Positions 47,625-55,213 of a stretch of 64,000 bases of DNA are shown piece by piece. The stretch spans positions 58,426 to 122,425 of the forward strand of contig JAGOSG010000001.1 of assembly GCA_018062445.1 (NCBI GenBank). Direction: 5' to 3'. The DNA comes from Minisyncoccota bacterium. GTDB lineage: Bacteria; Patescibacteriota; Minisyncoccia; Phycocordibacterales; Phycocordibacteraceae. Position 1 is the stretch's first letter, and the number at the start of each line of letters is the position of its first letter. The notes under the pieces are model-generated. The model was not told the origin of the DNA. It was given only the letters and a program-made list of their open reading frames with translations, and ran no database searches. A program made the position numbers and the translations under genes.

Positions 47625-47873
47625 CTAGTTAGAGTGCTTTCGTTCGTGCCGAGTTACTGATTTTTCGGTTGCCGTATCCTTCTCAGCTTCTTGCTGTTCT
47701 TTTTTGTGTTTTTCTACAAGAGCGTCAATTTCTTTTGCATCCTTTGCCACTCTTCCTAACCAAATAAAAACTGCACCGACTATAAAAAGCCACAGCCACC
47801 AAAGAAACGGGAACGTGATAACGAAAATCACTCCTCCGGTGATTATAACGATAGCCCAGCCTATGAATTGCAT
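47625..47873 (-). CDS. hypothetical small 2-TM membrane protein with charged tail
   Basis: 82-aa ORF. Confidence 0.4.
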   Translation of the reverse strand: MQFIGWAIVIITGGVIFVITFPFLWWLWLFIVGAVFIWLGRVAKDAKEIDALVEKHKKEQQEAEKDTATEKSVTRHERKHSN

Positions 47874-47903
47874 AGGCTTTTATTATGCCATGTTTTTAAA
47901 TGA

Positions 47904-48107
47904 TTATTGATGATGTGCGTGTTCAGGGATGATAAAAGTAGCAATGATGTAGGCAACGATGCCTGGCACGACCCCAGTAAAGATTACCACTAAGACCCAA
48001 ATAAGGCGCAGTAACACGGGGTCGATGTCGAAATATTCTCCAAGCCCTCCGCAGATTCCTGCGAATACTTTATTGGCGTTGCTTTTGTAGAGGTGTTTAT
48101 GGGGCAT
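47904..48107 (-). CDS. PspC domain-containing protein
   Basis: FAGICGGLGEYFDIDPVLLRLIWVL is the PspC signature. Confidence 0.7.
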   Translation of the reverse strand: MPHKHLYKSNANKVFAGICGGLGEYFDIDPVLLRLIWVLVVIFTGVVPGIVAYIIATFIIPEHAHHQ

Positions 48108-48164
48108 AGAGGTATAGGAGACACGCTCAGTGTATTTGTTAAATTTTAAAAGAAAAGCGTACTT

Positions 48165-48626
48165 TTAGCCTATAACCATGTATGGATATGCGAGGAAATA
48201 AAATAGCACTTGAGATATAAAAAAACCGCCCCCAACAATAAGTATCTTCTGGAACAGTGAGTCACGTGCACTCAACAACTTGAATGCAACATAGAGTATA
48301 ATCGCGAGCACAATACTAATAAAAAGTCCGTGGAACCAAGGCGTTATTACATGTGTGACACCCATACCTAATTGTGCATCCAATCCAGTCCAAATGGATC
48401 TTGGCCCTACGCCACTCATAATGACGAGTGAAGGGTTTGTAAGTAGCGTAAGGAAAAGAATGCAACCATATATAGAAGCCCAAAGAAAGGCGTGCTGGTT
48501 CCGACTCATCATATATTTCAACTTGTCCCAGAAGAACCAGCATCCGAAATACGCAGCTGTGAGCATACTTTCATAGTACCTTTTCATGAGCGAATCAGCG
48601 AGGAGAGAATTCAGATTAGCTACCAT
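48165..48626 (-). CDS. hypothetical polytopic membrane protein
   Basis: 153 aa, 4-5 TM. Confidence 0.45.
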   Translation of the reverse strand: MVANLNSLLADSLMKRYYESMLTAAYFGCWFFWDKLKYMMSRNQHAFLWASIYGCILFLTLLTNPSLVIMSGVGPRSIWTGLDAQLGMGVTHVITPWFHGLFISIVLAIILYVAFKLLSARDSLFQKILIVGGGFFISQVLFYFLAYPYMVIG

Positions 48627-48934
48627 TCCTTAAACCAAGAATGAAACCGGTCACAAGTAAATTTCTAGGAAATTTCTCGCGAAGTCTTTGTGGTCAAAAA
48701 ACCACGAAGAACTGGTCACAGATAAAATGCCTGCCGTCGCAGGCATTTTTCCGCGACCCCGCCTCGCCAAGCATTCGCTGGGCTCCGGCTTTCGATTAAC
48801 CACGGGGAATCTCTCCTTACAGGAGCTGTACACCTTGTGGATTTTTTCTTTCGGAGGCTCAGAAAAAATGCGCACAAGGTCTTCGATTCCCCGCCGTAAA
48901 GCTCCCAGCTTTACTTGGGGTCACAAACTGAAAA

Positions 48935-48960
48935 AAGCCCGACTAAGGGCTTGTTTTCTA
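48935..48960. terminator. bidirectional intrinsic terminator immediately 3' of the tRNA
   Basis: AAAAAA-GCCC-gactaa-GGGC-TTGTTTT. Confidence 0.6.
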
Positions 48961-48965
48961 GTTTG

Positions 48966-49037
48966 TGACCCCACGGGGAATCGAACCCCGATTCCATCCT
49001 TGAGAAGGATGTGTCCTAACCGTTAGACGATGGGGCC
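48966..49037 (-). tRNA. tRNA-Glu (anticodon CUC), 72 nt, CCA not encoded
   Basis: Cloverleaf GGCCCCA / TC / GTCT-AACGGTTA-GGAC / CATCC-TTCTCAA-GGATG / GAAT / CGGGG-TTCGATT-CCCCG / TGGGGTC-A, with a G2·U71 wobble. Confidence 0.85.
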
Positions 49038-49190
49038 GAACGAGAAGGAAAATGAACTTCAATATTCATTTTCTTCGAGAGAGGCCCCGCTTAGCCTATA
49101 CCTTATAGGCGACTGGGGCCGTTTTCAATTTCGACGACCGAAAGCTTAAAATACAGCATTCTTAGTCTTTTCTCAACTGCTCCCCTTCTC

Positions 49191-49233
49191 CTGAAAAGCT
49201 GGAAGCTGACAGCTGGCACCTGAAAGCTACTAG
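49191..49233. repeat. AGCTTTCAG-type heptad repeat (opposite arm)
   Basis: ctgaaaagctggaagctgacagctggcacctgaaagctactag. Confidence 0.6.
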
Positions 49234-49242
49234 AAACTTTTC

Positions 49243-50049
49243 TCAACCTCTTGCAAGCTCGGTTGCAAAAACTTTTCCTGTGATTTCTACAATGGGTTCG
49301 TGTATGTGCGGTGTTGAAACAACAATGCCACCCTTAAACATATCTTTTTCTGCACCAACAAGATCGGTAATCCGTGCACCGGCTTCTAGTGCGATTACCA
49401 TTCCTCCTGCGATATCCCACGCCTTGAGTCCGCGATGTGCCATGGCATCACTCTCTCCAGAGGCTACAGCGCAGATTTCCAAGCTTGCTGCCATTTTTGA
49501 TTCAACAACAGCACCCGCCTCAGTACATCCTTCTCTAATCGCACCGTGCATGCGAAGCGTTTGTTCACTTGCTCCTGTATCCAAAAGAATGTGTGCGCCT
49601 TTCATAGACTCACATGAAGACACTAATATTTTTTCTCCGTTTAAAAATGCACCGCCCCCTCGCTTACCACTATAGAGTTTATTTTCCGCGGGAGAGTACA
49701 CCACGCCAACCTCGGGTACTCCGTCTACAATAAGCCCGATTGAAATAGCGAAGTAGGGGTTACCACTCGAAAAGTTTTTAGTGCCGTCAATTGGGTCGAC
49801 AATCCACATTGAGTTACCCTCTGGCATACCCTTCACCTCTTCGCTGAGAATTGGATACTCAGGAAACTCTTTCCGCAAGGCATCAAGGACATAGGTGTTC
49901 ACCGCAAGGTCAGCAACGGTAAGAAGCGAGCCGTCATCTTTAATACTTCTGTCTGCATCCGTTATCTTTCCAAAATATTGGAGCGCAATATCACCAGCGC
50001 CACGAACGATTACTTCTAGTTTTTCTAAAGAAATATCAGACATACTCAA
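49243..50049 (-). CDS. suhB: inositol monophosphatase family protein
   Basis: WIVDPIDGTKNF and other IMPase motifs. Confidence 0.85.
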   Translation of the reverse strand: MSMSDISLEKLEVIVRGAGDIALQYFGKITDADRSIKDDGSLLTVADLAVNTYVLDALRKEFPEYPILSEEVKGMPEGNSMWIVDPIDGTKNFSSGNPYFAISIGLIVDGVPEVGVVYSPAENKLYSGKRGGGAFLNGEKILVSSCESMKGAHILLDTGASEQTLRMHGAIREGCTEAGAVVESKMAASLEICAVASGESDAMAHRGLKAWDIAGGMVIALEAGARITDLVGAEKDMFKGGIVVSTPHIHEPIVEITGKVFATELARG

Positions 50050-50052
50050 TAA

Positions 50053-51357
50053 TTATCGAATACTCCACTCAGCGTCTTGACGTACTAATAGATCTTTTGC
50101 TTTTTCGGGTTCAGCCATCAAGGACTTCACTACCCTCTCCATACGCATCGATTGCGAGCCTTTAACGAGGATTACATCGCCTGATTGAATAAGAGATAGA
50201 AGCTCGGTTGAGGCATCAGATCCTCTCTCACATTCAATAATCATGTTTTCGGGCATACCTGAAGTGCGTGCACCTTCTGCGATGCCTTTTGTGCGCACAC
50301 CCACCGTTACCAGTATGTCTGCTGACTCTGCAACAAGCGCACCAATGCGATTGTGTTCAATGACTGAAAAACCTCCGAGCTCAAGCATATCGGCGAGGAC
50401 GGCAATACGACGACCTGTCCGTGGAATATCACCAAGCGCAATGAGTGCTTCCTCCATCGCTGCAGGAGAAGCATTGTAGGTGTCATCAATAATCACCGAA
50501 TCCCGCATGCCTTTTATTAAACGCATTCTGCCCGAAGGGGTTTCATGTTTTTGAAACGCCCCTGTTGCTTCTTCAAGTGAAACTCCAACACTAAGCGCAA
50601 CGGCAATACCTGCGAGTACTGAGTACACATGAGAGCGACCAGCAACATCTGGAATGGATACCGTCACCTTTTCATTACCATAACTGATATCAAAAGAAAT
50701 TCCGCTTGGCATGCCATCCTCGCTTGTTGCGCGAAGATTTTCCGCTTTCAAATTTGCACCCTCTCCAAAACCGAAAGAAAGACGAGTAACTCCTGACGCC
50801 GTAGGCGCACCCTCAGCCCGCTCATCGTCTTCGTTGAAAACAAAGATTCCACCAGATTGGAGCCATCCCACAGGAGCGAGCTCTTCTTTAATTACATCTT
50901 CTGGAGAAGCGTAAAATTCAACATGTACAGAAATCTCAGGAAATCTCGTTGCAACCACAACGTCAGGCTTTAACCATGAAAGAGACTTGGTTATGTCGCC
51001 TGGTCTGTCTGCCCCCACCTCAACTATTAACCACTTTGGATACGGAGTAGTGAGGATAAGAAGCGAAATACCGTCTATGAGGTTTCTTATCCACTGGAAT
51101 ACATTAGACCAACCATTCCGAACACCAAGCACCGTTAGAGGAACGCCGATGTCGCCATTAAAACTCTTTTCACTCCTTCGTACAAAAAATGATTTAGAGA
51201 GCGCTGTATAAATGGCATCTTTTGCAGAGGTTTTACCCACACTCCCTGTTACGGCAATTATTTTTGGACGATGCTTCCGAAGTACAAGCTTTGCCTCAAG
51301 CGTGAGCAGGAATACTATTACTTGGCGAAAAAGTTCTTTTAGATTTCCCATAGTCAA
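50053..51357 (-). CDS. murF: UDP-MurNAc-tripeptide--D-Ala-D-Ala ligase
   Basis: IAVTGSVGKTSAKD P-loop, Mur ligase domains. Confidence 0.9.
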   Translation of the reverse strand: MTMGNLKELFRQVIVFLLTLEAKLVLRKHRPKIIAVTGSVGKTSAKDAIYTALSKSFFVRRSEKSFNGDIGVPLTVLGVRNGWSNVFQWIRNLIDGISLLILTTPYPKWLIVEVGADRPGDITKSLSWLKPDVVVATRFPEISVHVEFYASPEDVIKEELAPVGWLQSGGIFVFNEDDERAEGAPTASGVTRLSFGFGEGANLKAENLRATSEDGMPSGISFDISYGNEKVTVSIPDVAGRSHVYSVLAGIAVALSVGVSLEEATGAFQKHETPSGRMRLIKGMRDSVIIDDTYNASPAAMEEALIALGDIPRTGRRIAVLADMLELGGFSVIEHNRIGALVAESADILVTVGVRTKGIAEGARTSGMPENMIIECERGSDASTELLSLIQSGDVILVKGSQSMRMERVVKSLMAEPEKAKDLLVRQDAEWSIR

Positions 51358-51368
51358 TTAGACCTAAG

Positions 51369-53108
51369 TCATCCTCCAGTTTGTGCACGGTCAGGAGGGA
51401 TCTCGTAATAGTTTATAAGAAAATGCACAGTATTCATAAAGGGCAATGTCCACGTCTCTGAAGCGTACTGTGCTCCCTTAGGATACACCGCAAAAAAGAA
51501 GACGAGAAACTTTGGATTGTAGGCTGGGAAGTAGCCAAAAAATGAGTGGAGGTAGCGGTCGGCGTAGTACCCACGGGCGTCAGGGCGGGCAACCTGCGCC
51601 GTTCCCGTTTTTGCGGCAATGCTGTAGTCGGCCATTTTTATTTTTCCACCCTGAAGAGCGTCATCTACTACCGTTACCAACATTCGCGTAATGGCTTCAT
51701 CACTCTCTTTACTTATTGCTTGCATAGGGGGACTCCATCCGAGTTTTTTAGTTATACCTCCACCATAGCGAAGCTCAACGCCAACATGTGGTGCAGGCAC
51801 TACCCCACCATTTGCAAGCGTAGCGAGTGCTCGAGTCATAGCGATGGGAGAAATTGCAATACCCTGCCCGAACGAGGCAGTTGCATATTCAACGGCACGA
51901 GGACTTTTAAGGTTGCTCACAAGTGGTGATGCTTCGTTAGGAAGATCAATACCTGTTTCGCTCGCAATGCCAAATTTTTCTAAATAACCAGCAAATTTTG
52001 CAGTGCCCATTCTAGCAACCACAAATGAAACACCAGTATTGAGCGACTGATTCAACACCTCCTGCATAGACACTACTCCACGTGCTTTATGGTCGTAGTT
52101 ATTAATGCGCAGTCCATCCAAGACGAGGAACCCTTTGTCGTTGTAAGTGGTAGTAGGAGTAACCGCACCTGAATCAATTCCTGCAGCCATGGTTATAGGC
52201 TTCATAGTGGAGCCAAATTCATATACGCGCTCAACCAAGGGGTTCGCAAATGCATTTGGGTCTGCATTTTTAAAATCATTCAAATCAAAGCCTGGGCGTG
52301 ATGCCATTGCAATAATGGCACCGGTTTTTGGATCCATAATAATTCCGCCAACCGTGTCAGAGTTCCACGCCTCATCATATTTTTTCAAAGCATCTTCAAG
52401 AAATTGCTGTACTGATGGTTCAATTGAGGTGACTAAATCAGCACCCGGCTCTACTGTGTCAGGAGAAAATTTTGCACGAATGTTTGTAAAGAGATCCGCA
52501 AAGAAGTTTACATACAGTCCTCCGTCTGAGCGAGACAAAGCGCCATTGTAATAGCGTTCCAAGCCGTATTGCCCCGCAACACTTTTACCATCAGCACCAA
52601 AACCCAAAAAGCCAATAGATTGCGCGGCAAGAACACGCCCAGGGTAAAAACGCCAGTGTGAAGCAAGTACCTGCACTCCAGTTATTTTTAACGCAGAGAT
52701 AGCAACCCCAACCTCTGGCGTTACCTGCTTGGCTATTTCAGCGTATACACTGTCTTTCTTTCGAGCTTTTTCAAGAAATACTGATTCATCAAGGTCGGGC
52801 AATAATTTTTTTAAAGCAGGGTAGACATTTTCTGGATCTCCAAGCCGTGAGGGATTAATAACAATAGTGTTCCCCGCTGCGATGGTTGCCGCCGAAATAA
52901 GTGAACCATCACGAGAAGTAAAAAAGATAGTACCTCGGTCAATTTGGTTGGTGCTTTGTTGCACATACTGACTTTCTGCCTTTAGGCGATACTCTTTGCC
53001 GTGAACCACTTGTAAAAAATACAAGCGTACCAAAAGCACTAACGCAATCAATAGAATAAAACCAGCGATAATGCGTATACGAAAAGCGAAGTTAGACTTA
53101 GCGGACAT
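51369..53108 (-). CDS. ftsI: penicillin-binding protein, class B transpeptidase (FtsI/PBP3-like)
   Basis: SxxK (STMKP), SxN, KTGTA; N-terminal TM; sits in the dcw cluster. Confidence 0.9.
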   Translation of the reverse strand: MSAKSNFAFRIRIIAGFILLIALVLLVRLYFLQVVHGKEYRLKAESQYVQQSTNQIDRGTIFFTSRDGSLISAATIAAGNTIVINPSRLGDPENVYPALKKLLPDLDESVFLEKARKKDSVYAEIAKQVTPEVGVAISALKITGVQVLASHWRFYPGRVLAAQSIGFLGFGADGKSVAGQYGLERYYNGALSRSDGGLYVNFFADLFTNIRAKFSPDTVEPGADLVTSIEPSVQQFLEDALKKYDEAWNSDTVGGIIMDPKTGAIIAMASRPGFDLNDFKNADPNAFANPLVERVYEFGSTMKPITMAAGIDSGAVTPTTTYNDKGFLVLDGLRINNYDHKARGVVSMQEVLNQSLNTGVSFVVARMGTAKFAGYLEKFGIASETGIDLPNEASPLVSNLKSPRAVEYATASFGQGIAISPIAMTRALATLANGGVVPAPHVGVELRYGGGITKKLGWSPPMQAISKESDEAITRMLVTVVDDALQGGKIKMADYSIAAKTGTAQVARPDARGYYADRYLHSFFGYFPAYNPKFLVFFFAVYPKGAQYASETWTLPFMNTVHFLINYYEIPPDRAQTGG

Positions 53109-53138
53109 CTTTGTATTCTAGCGTATGAAGCAACTATT

Positions 53139-53215
53139 AGCTGTCAGGTTTCAGCTGTCAGCTTTCAGCTTTGAATGCAAAAGCTGGCACCTGGAAGCTG
53201 GCACCTGGAAGCTAC
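53139..53215. repeat. AGCTTTCAG-type heptad repeat, both arms
   Basis: agctgtcaggtttcagctgtcagctttcagctttgaatgcaaaagctggcacctggaagctggcacctggaagctac. Confidence 0.75.
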
Positions 53216-53219
53216 TACA

Positions 53220-53597
53220 TTATCTTGCATCTTTAAACGCCACACTTGCCTTGCTCACAAAAGAGCGATCACGCACAGATACAAAGCCAAGTGAGCGAGC
53301 GTACGGCTCAGTAATGGTTTGTGTTTTTGATAGATACGCAGTCTCAAGAGTCGCAACCTCAGCGGACGCGCGCGAAGCAGACCGAACAAGCTCTTGGCGG
53401 GCAGCGACATGTACCACCGAGGAAATCATGAAATAAATATAGAGGACCGACAAAAGAAGGAATGCGACACCAAACACTACTACTGTGCGACGTTCAAATA
53501 CATTTGCATACGCCAATATCCCCGAACGGGTGTTTCTAGAAAACGGCAGTGAACCTTGATGTTCTGATACTTTTTTGGTGTTTCGATTTTTGTTCAT
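53220..53597 (-). CDS. ftsL: cell division protein FtsL-like (single TM plus coiled coil); start at MNKNRN
   Basis: Position between rsmH and ftsI, TM helix, 125 aa. Confidence 0.5.
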   Translation of the reverse strand: MNKNRNTKKVSEHQGSLPFSRNTRSGILAYANVFERRTVVVFGVAFLLLSVLYIYFMISSVVHVAARQELVRSASRASAEVATLETAYLSKTQTITEPYARSLGFVSVRDRSFVSKASVAFKDAR

Positions 53598-53601
53598 GGT
53601 T

Positions 53602-54525
53602 TTATTTTTTGTTTTTTTCAAAAATTCTAAGCTTGGCACTTCTGGCGCGAGGATTCTTTTTCCTCTCCGCCTCACTCGGCACAATGGGTTTTTTGGTAAT
53701 TCGGACACCAATATCAGCATCTTCGGCTTGTCGAAATGCGTGCTTCACAATTCTGTCTTCAAGGCTATGAAATGAAATGACCGCGAGTCTTCCATTAGGA
53801 GCCAAAAGATCGAGCGCTTCTTTGAGTGCTTCTGTAAGAGCGCCAAGTTCATCATTCACTGCGATACGAAGCGCTTGGAATGTTCTTGTTGCGGGATGAA
53901 TTTTCCCATTTCTGTAAAAACTAGGGACAGCCGAAGAAATTATGTCTGCGAGTTGTTTTGCAGTATCAATACTCTGCTTTCTTCGCTCTTCAACAATGAC
54001 GCGAGCAATGCGTCCTGAAAATTTCTCTTCTCCGTATTCTTTGATGATTCGTGCAATCTCTTCTTCATCCCAATCTTTAATGATGTCCTTTGCGGTATAG
54101 AGATGCCCGTCACCAGAGCCGAGTGTCATCAAGAGTGGTTCATCGCTTTTAAATGAAAGCCCCCGACCAGCATCAAGTTGTTCTGAATGCCACCCTAAAT
54201 CAAATACAATCCCTGCAGGGTTAGTAATACCAGCACTCTCTGCGAGAGATTTGATGTTACGAAAATTTCCTTGTACATACATAACTTTCCCTGGTGCATC
54301 GCTCAGACGCTCACGGGAGCGAGTTAAAGAGTTTTCATCAAGATCAAGAACGAGCAGTGTTCCCTTCTTTCCCAATATCTTCGAAATTTTTTCCGAGTGC
54401 CCTCCCGTTCCTACCGTTGCATCTATCGCAGTCGCTCCTGCCTTCAATAGCAATCCATCAACGGTTTCATCCAAAAGAACCGTTTCGTGTTTTATTTCTT
54501 TGATTGCTGTATCTGTTTTTTTCAT
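53602..54525 (-). CDS. rsmH: 16S rRNA (cytosine1402-N4)-methyltransferase
   Basis: AIDATVGTGGHSE SAM-binding motif; follows mraZ. Confidence 0.92.
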   Translation of the reverse strand: MKKTDTAIKEIKHETVLLDETVDGLLLKAGATAIDATVGTGGHSEKISKILGKKGTLLVLDLDENSLTRSRERLSDAPGKVMYVQGNFRNIKSLAESAGITNPAGIVFDLGWHSEQLDAGRGLSFKSDEPLLMTLGSGDGHLYTAKDIIKDWDEEEIARIIKEYGEEKFSGRIARVIVEERRKQSIDTAKQLADIISSAVPSFYRNGKIHPATRTFQALRIAVNDELGALTEALKEALDLLAPNGRLAVISFHSLEDRIVKHAFRQAEDADIGVRITKKPIVPSEAERKKNPRARSAKLRIFEKNKK

Positions 54526-54537
54526 TTTTTTTTCTTA

Positions 54538-54574
54538 AAGCTGGAAGCCGAAAGCTGTAACCTGAAAGCTTTTA
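54538..54574. repeat. AGCTTTCAG-type heptad repeat between mraZ and rsmH
   Basis: aaagctggaagccgaaagctgtaacctgaaagctttt. Confidence 0.55.
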
Positions 54575-55006
54575 TATGACACCAATCTCCCCGAGCTTCG
54601 CAGCCATCGCGTCTCCCTGCGACTCAATCTGCTCTTTGTAGGATGCCCAGCGTTTCTTATCCCAAACTTCAATACGGTCATTCACACCTGCAAGTACGAC
54701 ATCAGTTTTAAGCGTTGCAAAATCTTTCAGATAATCAGGAATAAGAATGCGTCCTGCAGAATCAACATCAGCCTCTACTGCGCCTGCAAGCATGAAGCGA
54801 TTAAAACCTCGTGTATCAGATGAGCCTATAGAAAGCTGACTAAACTTCTCTGCAAGTTTTTTCCATGATGTTACTGAGAAAACAAAAAGACAGTGGTCGA
54901 GTCCTCGAGTAACGATAACGGTCTTACCAAGTTCTTTACGAAAGCGAGCCGGAAGTGAAAGGCGTTTTTTTGGATCAAGCGTGTGCTGGTATTCGCCAAT
55001 GAGCAT
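54572..55006 (-). CDS. mraZ: transcriptional regulator MraZ (start at MLIGEYQ)
   Basis: MLIGEYQHTLDPKKRLSLPARFR and second DUF-MraZ repeat. Confidence 0.88.
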   Translation of the reverse strand: MLIGEYQHTLDPKKRLSLPARFRKELGKTVIVTRGLDHCLFVFSVTSWKKLAEKFSQLSIGSSDTRGFNRFMLAGAVEADVDSAGRILIPDYLKDFATLKTDVVLAGVNDRIEVWDKKRWASYKEQIESQGDAMAAKLGEIGVI

Positions 55007-55040
55007 GAAAATAAAGGGGATTTTGTGGCTCAAAACTTAT

Positions 55041-55115
55041 ATGCCACTTTGTCCCACTTACTTCGTATTATATGCCACTCTGCCCCACTTTATGTTTACT
55101 TATCCCCACTTTGGA
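55041..55115 (-). promoter_or_regulatory. mraZ promoter with MraZ-box direct repeats (five AGTGG[G/C] motifs, two pairs at 10-bp period) flanking a TATAAT -10 element
   Basis: Minus strand: aaGTGGGgataagtaaacataaaGTGGGgcagaGTGGCaTATAATacgaagtaaGTGGGacaaaGTGGCat. Confidence 0.55.
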
Positions 55116-55155
55116 GAGCCAGGTTGTAGGTGTGAGGTGTGAGCTTTCAGGTAAC

Positions 55156-55185
55156 AAAAAATCCCCACCGTTGGTGGGGATTTTA
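55156..55185 (-). terminator. intrinsic terminator of lysS (also reads as a hairpin on the plus strand)
   Basis: ATCCCCACC-gtt-GGTGGGGAT with TTTTTT on the minus strand. Confidence 0.7.
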
Positions 55186-55213
55186 GACTTTAAAAATGGC
55201 TATGAAAATGAAA

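Noticed and set aside
48753-48935. tRNA-like T-loop sequence GGTCTTCGATTCCCCGCCG on the plus strand, considered as a tmRNA 3' end, RNase P RNA or SRP RNA
   Set aside because: No acceptor/D-arm partner, no tmRNA 5' GGGG…CGACGGG module, no RNase P P4/P10-12 consensus (GGAAAGUCCGG, AGGGUGAAA…GGUAAGAGC) and no SRP domain IV (GGAAGCAGC). The interval is too short at about 180 nt. The sequence probably echoes the adjacent minus-strand tRNA T-arm.
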